From positions 28,891,297-28,955,296 of the forward strand of contig NC_069000.1 in assembly GCF_001194135.2 (NCBI RefSeq): 64,000 bases of DNA, in the 5' to 3' direction. A program made the position numbers and the translations under genes. The notes beneath the pieces were generated by a model. That model made no database searches. It was not told where the DNA came from and worked only from the letters and a program-made list of their open reading frames with translations. The stretch is from Octopus bimaculoides. Its lineage: Eukaryota. Below are positions 1 to 12,145 of the stretch, piece by piece (position 1 is the stretch's first letter; the number at the start of each line of letters is the position of its first letter).

Positions 1-90
1 ATGATGAAATAATCTGCAAGAGGTACTAGTATGTCTTTTGCTTCTTATGTCACAATCACACCCACAAAGCACCAGTCCCACCCCAAATAT

Positions 91-400
91 ACAGGGTGTC
101 CACAAAGTCATTAGACCTTTTCTTGTAGAGTAGTGAATATCAGAGACAATAAACCTCCTTCAAGTTAGCTCAACACACTTTTTTGTTTCTGTACATAAAC
201 ATCAGGCTTACACCGTTGATGTTTATCTTTATGTAAACTGAAGTCAATGAACAAATTATACTACATACTTCTCTTCCCTTGACTTCAGAACACTAAAAAT
301 GGCTACAAGTGTATGTTTAAAAGTCGAGGTGAAACTTTCTACTTCTTTTAAAACATAACGGAATTCCTTCTTATACTATTGAAACGATCTGTTATAAAAT
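91..400. mobile_element. Probable Tc1/mariner terminal remnant
   Basis: TA followed by CAGGGTGTCCACAAAGTC (89-108), a typical Tc1/mariner TIR start. No partner TIR or ORF was seen, and the right boundary is a guess. Confidence 0.3.
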
Positions 401-464
401 AGAAAGAACAACATTAAACTGGTAAACAGGCTTTCCAGTTGTTTATTTGATCAAATAGATACAG

Positions 465-613
465 AGATGGCTGAGTAGTAAGAAGCTTGCTTCCCAGCTA
501 CATGGTTCTTATTTTGGTCCCACAGCGTAGCACCTTGGGCAAGTGTCTTCTACTATAGCTTGGGCCAACCAAAACCTTGTGAGTGAATTTGGTAGATGGA
601 ACTGAAAGAAGCT

Positions 614-616
<3 letters not shown>
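465..616 (+). mobile_element. tRNA-derived SINE (family A), 5' half, ending in (TA)n
   Basis: Degenerate A-box/B-box head followed by CACCTTGGGCAAGTGTCTTCTACTATAGC...TTGGTAGATGGAACTGAAAGAAGC. The same text recurs more than 10 times in the window. Confidence 0.85.
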
Positions 617-652
<36 letters not shown>

Positions 653-656
<4 letters not shown>

Positions 657-970
657 TAAGGAGGGTATTGGATTTAACCAAACCCAAAGATACAGGTAAT
701 ACCGAGTAAGTGCTGTATACCGGCTAGTTTTGCCCCAATCGTTGTATAAACAGGATTGGGGATTATAAGTCGTGTATTAGTGTGTGTATGTATAAATAGA
801 GAAAAGGATAAAGAGAACAATGTAAAGTTAGAAAAATATTTTATGGATAGAGTCTTACAGCTGTTTCAGGGAAGATCCAATGCATCCCTTCATCGGAGAC
901 AGAAATAGTAGAGGAATCGATTATTATATCTATAAGCGGAGAGTTATAGTAGGAAGTGAGAGTGAGTGTG
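653..970 (-). mobile_element. Penelope-like element pseudo-LTR fragment
   Basis: Starts at the (TA)n tract 617-652, contains a hammerhead motif at 852-900, and runs into an N-gap. Confidence 0.6.
852..900 (-). ncRNA. Minimal type I hammerhead ribozyme motif (U4C core variant)
   Basis: Minus strand reads GTCT-CCGATGA-AGGGA[tgcattggatct]TCCCT-GAAAC-AGCT-GTA-AGAC. Stem I is 4 bp, stem II is 5 bp, stem III is the palindrome ACAGCTGT, and the cleavage triplet is GUA. Confidence 0.75.
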
Positions 971-1747
971 NNNNNNNNNNNNNNNNNNNNNNNNNNNNNN
1001 NNNNNNNNNNNNNNNNNNNNNNNNNNNNNNNNNNNNNNNNNNNNNNNNNNNNNNNNNNNNNNNNNNNNNNNNNNNNNNNNNNNNNNNNNNNNNNNNNNNN
1101 NNNNNNNNNNNNNNNNNNNNNNNNNNNNNNNNNNNNNNNNNNNNNNNNNNNNNNNNNNNNNNNNNNNNNNNNNNNNNNNNNNNNNNNNNNNNNNNNNNNN
1201 NNNNNNNNNNNNNNNNNNNNNNNNNNNNNNNNNNNNNNNNNNNNNNNNNNNNNNNNNNNNNNNNNNNNNNNNNNNNNNNNNNNNNNNNNNNNNNNNNNNN
1301 NNNNNNNNNNNNNNNNNNNNNNNNNNNNNNNNNNNNNNNNNNNNNNNNNNNNNNNNNNNNNNNNNNNNNNNNNNNNNNNNNNNNNNNNNNNNNNNNNNNN
1401 NNNNNNNNNNNNNNNNNNNNNNNNNNNNNNNNNNNNNNNNNNNNNNNNNNNNNNNNNNNNNNNNNNNNNNNNNNNNNNNNNNNNNNNNNNNNNNNNNNNN
1501 NNNNNNNNNNNNNNNNNNNNNNNNNNNNNNNNNNNNNNNNNNNNNNNNNNNNNNNNNNNNNNNNNNNNNNNNNNNNNNNNNNNNNNNNNNNNNNNNNNNN
1601 NNNNNNNNNNNNNNNNNNNNNNNNNNNNNNNNNNNNNNNNNNNNNNNNNNNNNNNNNNNNNNNNNNNNNNNNNNNNNNNNNNNNNNNNNNNNNNNNNNNN
1701 NNNNNNNNNNNNNNNNNNNNNNNATATATATATATATATATATATAT

Positions 1748-2060
1748 CATCACTATCATCATCATTATTGTTTACGTCCATCTTCCATGCATGCATGGGT
1801 AGGATGGTTGGCAGGAGCATGCCAGGTAGAAGACTAACCCCAGGCTACTGTGTCTGTTTTGGCAGGGTTTTTACAGCTGGCTGTCCTTCCAAATACCAAC
1901 CACTCCACAGAGTGGACTGAGTGATTTTTATGTGGCACCAGCACAGGCAAGGTCAGTTTTGGCATGATTTTTACTGCTGGATGCCCTTCTAAATGCCAAC
2001 TACTTTACAGTGTGAACTGAATGCTTTTTACATGGTGCCAGCACCAGTAGGATCACCAAA
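1748..2060 (-). mobile_element. RTE LINE 3' tail fragment
   Basis: (CAT)n tail, TCCATGC...GGGT, TTTTTACAGCTGG(A)TGCCCTTC motifs shared with the RTE copies at 25371-26586 and 55350-56251. Confidence 0.7.
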
Positions 2061-2664
2061 TAAGTTGCAAGATAAGGTATTTTGAGAGGAGCAGGAGCAC
2101 TGGAGGAGGCGATCTTGTGTCAGATGATGAAAGGTTAGAGTGTGACAGAGAAATAGAGAGGCAGGACCAGATGGTTTGTTATAAAGGAGGTACATGGTTA
2201 CCCAGCCAGAGAGAGAGGAAAAGAGAAAAAGAGAGAGGGGAGGAAGAGAGAAGGAGAGGGAGAGGAAGAGAGACGGAGAAGGAGAGGAAAAGAGGGAGGT
2301 ACAAGAAAGAGGACAGGAACAGCTGTGCTGATGTAAAGGAGATACTTGGTTACCTAGCCAGAGGGAAAAGCAAGAAGAGAGAGATTGATCGAGAATGATG
2401 GCAGAAACAGGTGTGCTGCTGTAGAGGAGATACAGCCAGAGAGAAGAGCAATGGAAAGAGAGAGAGAGAGAGTGGGAAACTGCAAAAGTGCAAGAGAGAG
2501 CACAAGAGAGATGGTGGTGAAGTGCCAGGGTATACTCACAAGTAACAAGGATCAGAGAATAGATGGGATGGCAGAGTAAGGTAGAGAAAGATAAATGGTG
2601 GCAATTGCCAGGGCACGCCCTCAAGGTACAGAGGTCATAATATACACAGCCAGGTATTGCTAAG

Positions 2665-2940
2665 ATGGCAATGCTCCAGCATGGTTGCAGCCAAATGACT
2701 GAAACACATAAAAGAATAAAAGAATATATTAATGTGTGTGTTTCTGTGTTTGTCTGGCCACCACCACTTGACAGCTGGTGTTGGTGTGTTTATGTCCCTG
2801 TAACTTAGCAGTTTGGCCAAGGAGATTGATAGAATAAGTAGTAGGCTTTAAAAAAGTCCCAAGGTTAATTTGTTTGACTAAAACTCTTCAAGGTGGTACC
2901 CCAGCATGGCTGCAGTCAAATGACTGAAGCAAGAAGATAA
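2665..2940 (+). mobile_element. SINE family A 3' half (with an extra tail copy upstream)
   Basis: GGTGTGTTTATGTCCCTGTAACTTAGC...GATAGAATAAGTA...CCAGCATGGCTGCAGTCAAATGACTGAA. Confidence 0.8.
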
Positions 2941-2975
2941 ATAATATGCATATAAAATTAATGATTATCAACAAT

Positions 2976-3190
2976 GAGCAGCAAGCTGGCAGACTCATTA
3001 ACATGCTGGACAAAATGATTAGTAGCATTTCTTCTGGCTTTATTTTCTGAGTTCAAATTTGCCCAAGGTCAGCTTTGCCTTTCATCTTTTGGGGTTGATA
3101 AAATAAGTGCCACTCAAGCACTGGGGTCAATGTAATAGACTAGCTCTCTCCCTGCCAAAATTTCAGGCAGGTCTTGCACCTACAGTAGAA
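2976..3190 (+). mobile_element. SINE family B
   Basis: GAGCTGGCAGA-like head, TTCTGAGTTCAAATT B-box, GCCTTTCATCTTTTGGGGTTGATAAAATAAGT core. Confidence 0.8.
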
Positions 3191-3928
3191 AAAAAATGTG
3201 GGGATTATCACTAACTACATAATCACTTACATACAAACATACAGGCACACATACATACAAGTGTGTAAGTATATATATATGTGTATATATGTTTGTATGT
3301 AAATATTTATATACATGAGGTATCTCACATGGATGTCAACAATGTCTATTCCTGCAATTTGAACTGATCATTCATTGAATTATAGTGTAAATGGCTGCAT
3401 ATTCCACACACACATATATGTAGAATCAGCTTAGCGCAAAGGGTCACAAAACTATCTCTTTAAATTACAGGTGCAGTCCATATGTATCCAAATTCACATG
3501 GTTTATGACATCTACACACACACACACACATACTTTGTAATTTTTTCCTCTTTTATTAATTTTTGTGACTTACCAAGCATCGTATCAGACCAACATGCCC
3601 ACAAGAAAGCCTCAGCACCAGAGATGGCCATTCTAGGGTGCATGTGCCAAAATTAGTGCATTGGATGATTAAAAACGATGCAATGCACACTTGTCAATAC
3701 ATGCTACACTAATCAGCACCTTATTCAACTATATTTCTTTCTCACTAACTGCATACACACATACAGAAATATGTAGATTATGGGCTCCCAAGTAGTTTCC
3801 ATCAAACAATTCTACTTACAAAGCATTGGTTAGACTGACTTTATAGCAAAAACACTTGCCCAAAGTGTTATGCAATGAGATAGACTTGAAACACTGGTTA
3901 TGAAGCAAACCTTTTTGCTGAACAGTTA

Positions 3929-5588
3929 CAGTGGGGGGAAATAAATATTTGCACATGTCAAAATTCTTTATTTAATTTCTAATGAACATAAATGGGATAT
4001 ACCAATACTATATTTGCATACACATACATAAACTAAGAATACGCAAAAGAAACTAATAAATTATAGTGACTAATGAATTTATATACAAATATAAATATTT
4101 AGGGGTGAAAAAAGTATTCGTACAAAACATAAATTACTGATAATTCTTATTTAATACTTTGTAGCATAACCGTTATTCAGTTCCACTTCAACCAATCTCT
4201 TCTTGTAGTTCTTAATCAATGACTCACATGTTTCTTTAGGAATTTTTTCCCATTCTTCTCGACAAATTTTCTTCAAATCTGGAATGCACATTGGGGCTCT
4301 TGAATGAGTTTTAGTTTTCAAATAACGCCACAAATTTTCAATGGGATTCAAGTCAGGTGACTGGCTTGGCCATTCTAATAATTTTATATTGTGATTGACA
4401 ATCCATTTTTGGTAGACTTCGCCATGTGCTTAGGGTCGTTATCCTATTGTAAAACCCACCCTTCACAAAGCTGGAACTTTTCTACAGAGTCCCATAAANN
4501 NNNNNNNNNNNNNNNNNNNNNNNNNNNNNNNNNNNNNNNNNNNNNNNNNNNNNNNNNNNNNNNNNNNNNNNNNNNNNNNNNNNNNNNNNNNNNNNNNNNN
4601 NNNNNNNNNNNNNNNNNNNNNNNNNNNNNNNNNNNNNNNNNNNNNNNNNNNNNNNNNNNNNNNNNNNNNNNNNNNNNNNNNNNNNNNNNNNNNNNNNNNN
4701 NNNNNNNNNNNNNNNNNNNNNNNNNNNNNNNNNNNNNNNNNNNNNNNNNNNNNNNNNNNNNNNNNNNNNNNNNNNNNNNNNNNNNNNNNNNNNNNNNNNN
4801 NNNNNNNNNNNNNNNNNNNNNNNNNNNNNNNNNNNNNNNNNNNNNNNNNNNNNNNNNNNNNNNNNNNNNNNNNNNNNNNNNNNNNNNNNNNNNNNNNNNN
4901 NNNNNNNNNNNNNNNNNNNNNNNNNNNTGTAATACTAGTCCCTGAAGCTAACAAAGCTTCTTGTAACTCCTTTCTGGTGATCATTGCATTTTTTTCGATA
5001 CTTCACTTCATTTTTCTTAAAGATCTAGGGGAAATCTTGCATGGTGCACCGGATCTTATTCTGTTTTCAACAGTTCCCGATTTTTTATATCTTTGAATAA
5101 ATGAAGATATGGTAGAAAATGGGATACAAAGGATCTCTGATATTTTCCTGTAACTTTTACCTGCTTTCCACTGTTCAATAATTAAGTTTTTCACTGAATT
5201 TGTGAGTTCTTTACTTTTCGCCATTATTACGACACTACTTTATGTTGTCTCAGTGCTGAATGAAGAAACTAGCATTTTGATACTTAAAAATGACCACTGA
5301 TAAGATTATTGGAACAAACGAGAAAGTTCTAGTAAAAGAAGAATTATTTTAACAGTATTTTGTGGCATAGAAACTCATAAATTTATTCTGTATGAATACT
5401 TTTTTCACCCCTAAACATTTATAATTATATATAAATTCATTAGTTACTATAATTTATTAGTTTCTTTTGCATAGTCTTAGTTTATGCATGTGTATGTAAA
5501 TATAGTATTGGTATATCCCATTTATGTTCATTAGAAATTAAATAAATAAAGAATTTTGATATGTACGAATATTTATTTCCCCCCACTG
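3929..5588 (-). mobile_element. Full-length Tc1-family DNA transposon, IR/DR type (~200-bp TIRs, TA TSD)
   Basis: TA-CAGTGGGGGGAAATAAATATT...AATATTTATTTCCCCCACTG-TA, with long matching inverted arms. Transposase reads MAKSKELT...KSYRKIS..L.IPFSTI (paired-like HTH, 5224 downward) and NPIENLWRYLK...YATKY (4351-4151). Frameshift near 5003; gap 4499-4927. Confidence 0.95.
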
Positions 5589-5839
5589 TATGTAGATTTT
5601 CCATTAATGGAACATATAATCCTACTAGACACTACAAAACATAGTAACTATAGGAAAACAGAAGATAGTGATTGGATCTGAATTTAGGAAAGATTGAGAT
5701 AGGAAAAAAAAGAAGGGAAAATCAAAAGATGTCGAAATATATTTGTAGGAGGAATTTGTGAAAGTCTGATGAGGGAAGAAGTTCTGATTGACCAAAAAAC
5801 AGAAACCTTTGATTGTAGAAGAAAATATTTGAAGTGATG

Positions 5840-6330
5840 TTGTGTGACAAAAATATTGAAATTGTTTTCTCAAAGCAAACAGAGACAAGACTCACCAAAG
5901 AACTCTCTCATTGAAATTGCAGGGTAAGAATAAATTGTTTTCTTAGCTTAGTAAATTAGTGCAATGTATTGAATATGAAATTAAAACTTCCATCTCCCAG
6001 CTATAAAATAAGTATTTGAACCAGTTTCTACACTTAAAAAAGCAAAGTAAATGTACTGGGACAATGGCAAAGTTACAAAATATATTGAAAAAATCAAATT
6101 ATTGCATAAGTCATTTAAAAGTTGTTTTCCTGATTTTGCTGAAGAAAACTACATACTCTCATTTATAAGCCTATTTTCACTTAATGAACATAAAATAGCA
6201 AGTGAGATAGAAATGAAACTTATTGACTTAAAAACAAAATTCATAGAAAATGAAATTTGATGAGCTTCCCTCAGTTCCAAATGCTCTTGACATGATTAAC
6301 TTCTGGTAACATTTAGCCTTCAAACTCGTT
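5840..6330 (+). mobile_element. hAT (Buster/SPIN-like) transposase remnant
   Basis: NELNMKL...KYIEKIKLLHKSFKSCFPDF...EMKLIDLK resembles the C-terminal half of hAT-Buster/GTF2IRD2-type transposases. It is frameshifted. Confidence 0.55.
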
Positions 6331-6829
6331 TCAGAATTAAGAAAATTTTCACAGAATTACAAGTGTTATTTTTGAATGACATACGGATGTGAAAAACCAT
6401 TTTTATTTCATCTATAGCCATACGTAGACTGAGGTTGTTATTGTTGTTGGTGATAGTGGTAACAGAGGCATCAGTGGTGATGGTGATTAACTCCAGGTCA
6501 GCTTTGCTCAAACAGACTTATGAACAAAATCATTTTAGTTGTGACCAATACCTTCTTTGTTTCACTCTACATTATTCATAAAATCCTACTTTTTAAAGAC
6601 CGGGGCATGCAAGTTTGAGGAGAAAGTAAGTACTGTTCCTAACAATCATATAAGAGGATCTCTGATTTGGTTAGTTGAGATGGTTGGCTCCTTTTACTTG
6701 TAATGACTTCATATTCCAGAAGAATTTACAAAAGAACATTTATGAAAATAAAAAAGAAAGAAACCTGGTTTTCACTCAATAAATCCTAACTGGTGTTAAG
6801 GGAAGGTCTTGATGGAACTTACCAGAATA

Positions 6830-6975
6830 TGAGAAAAAGTGATGAATTCAATGAAAAACATTTCGAAAACAACTGGCACAAACTGATAGCGACCGGTCAG
6901 GCTCCTGTAGTTATTGATTTTTCTCTCCTCTGCATTATGGATGGCAACACCCAGGTTTGCAGCTGATGCAGTAAG
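6830..6975 (-). mobile_element. Restriction-like endonuclease fragment of a CRE/R2-group non-LTR retrotransposon
   Basis: Minus translation AEERKINNYRSLTGRYQFVPVVFEM matches the REL motif AE..K..KY..L...Y.F.P...E. Confidence 0.55.
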
Positions 6976-8914
6976 GTGATGAATTGGAAGAGCTGTTAGA
7001 GAGTTGGACAGAAGGCCTGATGGCATTTGTTCTTGTATTCTGAGTTCAAATTGTGCTGAGATAAACTTTTTATCCTCTTGTACTCAATGTATAAAAAAAC
7101 CAGTCCGAGTAGTGGATTAGTGGAATTGTTAAAGCATTGAATAAGATGCCTTGTGGTATCTATTTTGTATCTTTGCATTCTGAATTTAAATACCACCTTC
7201 TACTGCCATCAATCTCCTCGTGGCAGGAAAACAAGGAGCTCTGGGACCAGGTTAACAGTCACAGGCCTCCAATGTCAGATGGAGTGATACATCAACTGGA
7301 GCAACATTTCACTCATGTCAATAAAAACAAGTTGACCATTGTGTCATGTCTATGTGACACATTAAATTCCCAGACCCAGTTCTGTGATACAACAACTCAG
7401 TTTTGTTTTGTTTTTACATTCAGTTTTTACAAATGAGCATAGGTTGAACAAAGCTAACTGTAACAGTTTGCTACTTGCAGAAGCTCTTGTTGCCAGTTCT
7501 CCTTTGGTTTTTAATCTTCTGGTCTTCATTCTTTGAAACTACTAAACTATGGGACATATTATCTGCAAAAGATGAAATTAAAAAGAAAAGAGAATTGCCT
7601 TTTTTGATCAGAATGTGATAATGTGTAGACACACAGAAACAAGCACTTACATACATTAAACACACAGACATGCACATATACACTTATATAACAGGCTTCC
7701 TTCAATCAAATTTCACTCACAAGGTATTGGTCAGTCTGAGACTATTGTAGAAGACGCCCAGTTTGCTAAGGAGTGAGATTGAGCATGAAATCAGATGGTT
7801 GTAGAATAAATTTCTCAAATCTATGACAAATAATAATAATTTCTATCATAGACATACATATTTCATTTCTTTTACGTTAGAATAAATTTTAACATTATGT
7901 TCTGTGTTATCTTTTATCAAAATTTTGAAATTTGTATTAAAATATATTGATGAACCTTCAGCCCTCTTTAAGTGACATAAAAAATATTAATTTCTGTCAT
8001 AAGTATATAATAGTAAATTTTAGCAGAGAGTATTTTTACCTCTGCCTCTTCAATACTGGTATGGTTGGACTGGACATATAGTATTCTGAAGTTGGATGCT
8101 CTTCTTGTTGATAATTCTTACTTGTTGTCCAACTAAAGTACATTTATTAAATGAAACTGATGAGTCTAATAAAACCATCTAACTACAGGATAATTTGATT
8201 AAAAGTGACATAAGCATAACATCACCCATCAATCAAACAGTGCTGTGTGAAGACAGAAAAAGTAAACACGTACATACACCTGATAGGCTTCCATATAGTT
8301 TCTATCTATCAAATTTCTCTCATTTCTTTCGCCAACCTGAGTCTATGGTAGAAGACATTTGCTCAAGGTCTCACACAGTGGAATGGAACCTAAGAGGCAT
8401 GGTTATGAAGTAAACTTCCTATCCATACGGCCTTGGTAAGCCCCAATTTTTGAGTGCTGCATATTTTATCAATGTCAGAAATTGAACTCAGATTTGAATT
8501 GAGAATGTAAAGCAATGTAACTAGATAGTGAAGGGTATTTAGTCTACCGATTTGACCACTATATACCATCCACATTTCAAGAGTTAAAGAAGTGAGAGTT
8601 AAAGGAAGAGACAGAGGGCTTGATTCTCATTGCAAATTATCAGGCATTCAAAAGAAGATATGTTAGGAAGAACACAGATAAAGAAGATATTTTGGCTGAA
8701 TGTAAATATGTGATGAAAGAGAAGAGACAGTTGTATATTTAGTTTTTAAATGTAAAATGTTTACTCAGAGGGTCTATAAGAACTGGAAGCATGACAAGGT
8801 TGCTACAATCATATGTTGCAAATCTATAAAAAATATAGGGATTTGAACATACAACACTCTGCCCAGTATATTAATAATTCTACCAGTTTACTGCCTTAAT
8901 AATAATTATTATTA

Positions 8915-9960
<1,046 letters not shown>

Positions 9961-10218
9961 AAGAATAGCAATAATGATAATGAGTACCCCAAGAACAAAA
10001 GTGATAGAGATCACTCTTATGGGGATAGATTTAACATAAAGAGAGGAGAATCTCTTTAGTCTTGATTGACTATCTCCTGGAGATGGTATCTCAATAAAAA
10101 CGCTGGTGGCTGTGACACCGCAACACAACAGTGCTCTTTATGAGTGTAATGCCAAATAAAAAGTATTATCACAATTGCATTCATGAGTGTAAAGGTCTCT
10201 TGCATGGTGTCTCACTTG

Positions 10219-10382
10219 CACTAGCGTAGCTGGGGGGGGGGGAGTAGGGGGCGGTTCACCCCAGGTGGCACTTTTCATCCTGTTGTAGGTTATTGCTGTA
10301 GGCAATATGTGTTTTTTGTGGGGCCCAGGGGTGGCATATGGAAGGGCTGCCCTAGGCAGCATACACTCTAGTTACACTAGTG
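10219..10382. mobile_element. 164-bp hAT-type MITE with perfect 8-bp TSD
   Basis: TIRs CACTAGCGTAGCT / AGTTACACTAGTG; CTCACTTG at both 10211-10218 and 10383-10390. Confidence 0.8.
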
Positions 10383-12145
10383 CTCACTTGCTGCAAAGAT
10401 TAGAAGATGGTCTTAGAATGACTATAATGGAGTGCTATTATATAAGCGGGCCTACCAAAAATGGGTAGAGGAAAAGGATGTATAAGATATGGATAAAGGT
10501 GGATATGCTCCCTATTACAGAATAAAAACTTCTAGACCAGAAAAATTTAATTGTGAAAAGACAGTAACTATCCCAATTGGTACTGGAAAAGGTTTCTTAT
10601 GAGAGTGAAAGATAAAAAACATGACTCATGTAGAACATGAAAAAGAGAAACTGGAACAAGAACAAGGAATAGCGAAGAGATCAATAAATTCTCACAAAAC
10701 TACAACTGCTTGAACAAAGGCACATTTTACTCCTTGGAAGGAAAAATCGTTATAGGGAAATAAAGGAGCTTATTACAATGCCTGAATGAGACATAAAGTA
10801 GTGAGAAAAATGAACTATCGACTTTGTGAGGAATTGAAAGAGGAAAACTATGTAAAGTAGTGAAGATGGAAAAATCTGTGTTGAAAATATAAGGCCTAAA
10901 TGACCTCATATATTGCACAGCATCTGTTGCTATGGAAATTTTGGGGGTTAAACGTCAAAGAAAAATAGGGGATAAAGTCCAATAAGTATCCTTGGAGAGC
11001 TGTGATGGAGGGGTCGCACACAGTTTGCCTACACAAAACACCACTTTTTGGTACATCACTTTCAGGACAAAATACCTATTTTCTTTGGAAAATTATATAT
11101 TGTAGCAAGTCACAAGAAGCCAGCACCATTTTGTAGGAGATCTCACTGGTAGCCATTACCATGTCCGAGACAGGAGCAAGATCTTGCCTGCAACCATTTG
11201 CCATGCGCGAGATGACAGCAAGGCTCTCGTCGGCAACAACTATTTAAGCAGGAGAATTAAGACATTCTCTCTCTTTCTTCCTTCTTGCTTACGCTGAGAA
11301 ACACTGTGAAGCTGGCAGCTCACAGTAGACTCTTATCCCGCACTAACTTCACCTGTTATCTCCAGAGGTAATTAACCTCATGTGAAATGAGTTATAATGA
11401 ACCACATGCTGTCATAAAGATGGTCACTGGGAGCGAGCCACATGAACATGAACTAAAAATATATGACTATTGAATTGCATTCTGCTTGTAAACTTCTCCT
11501 TTCATGTTCCAGATCCTTAAGACTACAGAAATAATTATAATGAGAGAAGGAGATACTCCACAGGTATCACAAGCCTTCAATTCCATTATAAAATGGTGAC
11601 CCTGATGGAAAAAGGATTTCGGCAGCTGCAAGCTTTCTTGTTGAAGATGCGTCACCTGAACTACAGAATGGCAGTCTGGCCTGGCGTCAGAATATCTTCT
11701 CTCGTTCAAGTGAACCTTTAGAGTTCGTGTTTTTTGCCTCAAACTTGTACCTCACAGAGTATGCATTCTTTCTACAAGGAACTACATGGTATTTTTTCAA
11801 ATAATCTCCTCTTGAAATAATTTCTCCCACAATGTTGACTGTTAACGTTTGATGCCAGTACATACACCAAATGCAGCCACAGGAGGGCACTTCAAGCAAG
11901 CTGACCATCAACTTCCAGCCATCGTTCCTGTCTACTGCAATGTTCGGATTGCCTTACCAGTTCGCCTGCCATTTTCTGACGACTTCTTAAAAAAACAAAA
12001 AAACAAAACACAAACATTTTTTCAGCGGACTGCAACACAGGTTTGACGACTAAAAAGGAATTTTTTTTTTCATTGCTGCACACAGTACACAAAAAAATTT
12101 AAAAATTTTGCTAAGAATATTTTTTTTGCACACATGTTACTATTT

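Noticed and set aside
8040-8132. Possible minus-strand exon (AG...GT, 93 nt)
   Set aside because: The splice sites are modest, competing frames give unrecognisable peptides, and the result is compatible with chance.
8157-8185. CTGATGAGTC...AAAC as a hammerhead
   Set aside because: The 3' strand of stem II and G12 are missing, and no stem I or III closes.
10400-10920. Purine-rich, protein-like stretch
   Set aside because: All frames are broken and I recognised no motif; probably an old TE but not assignable.
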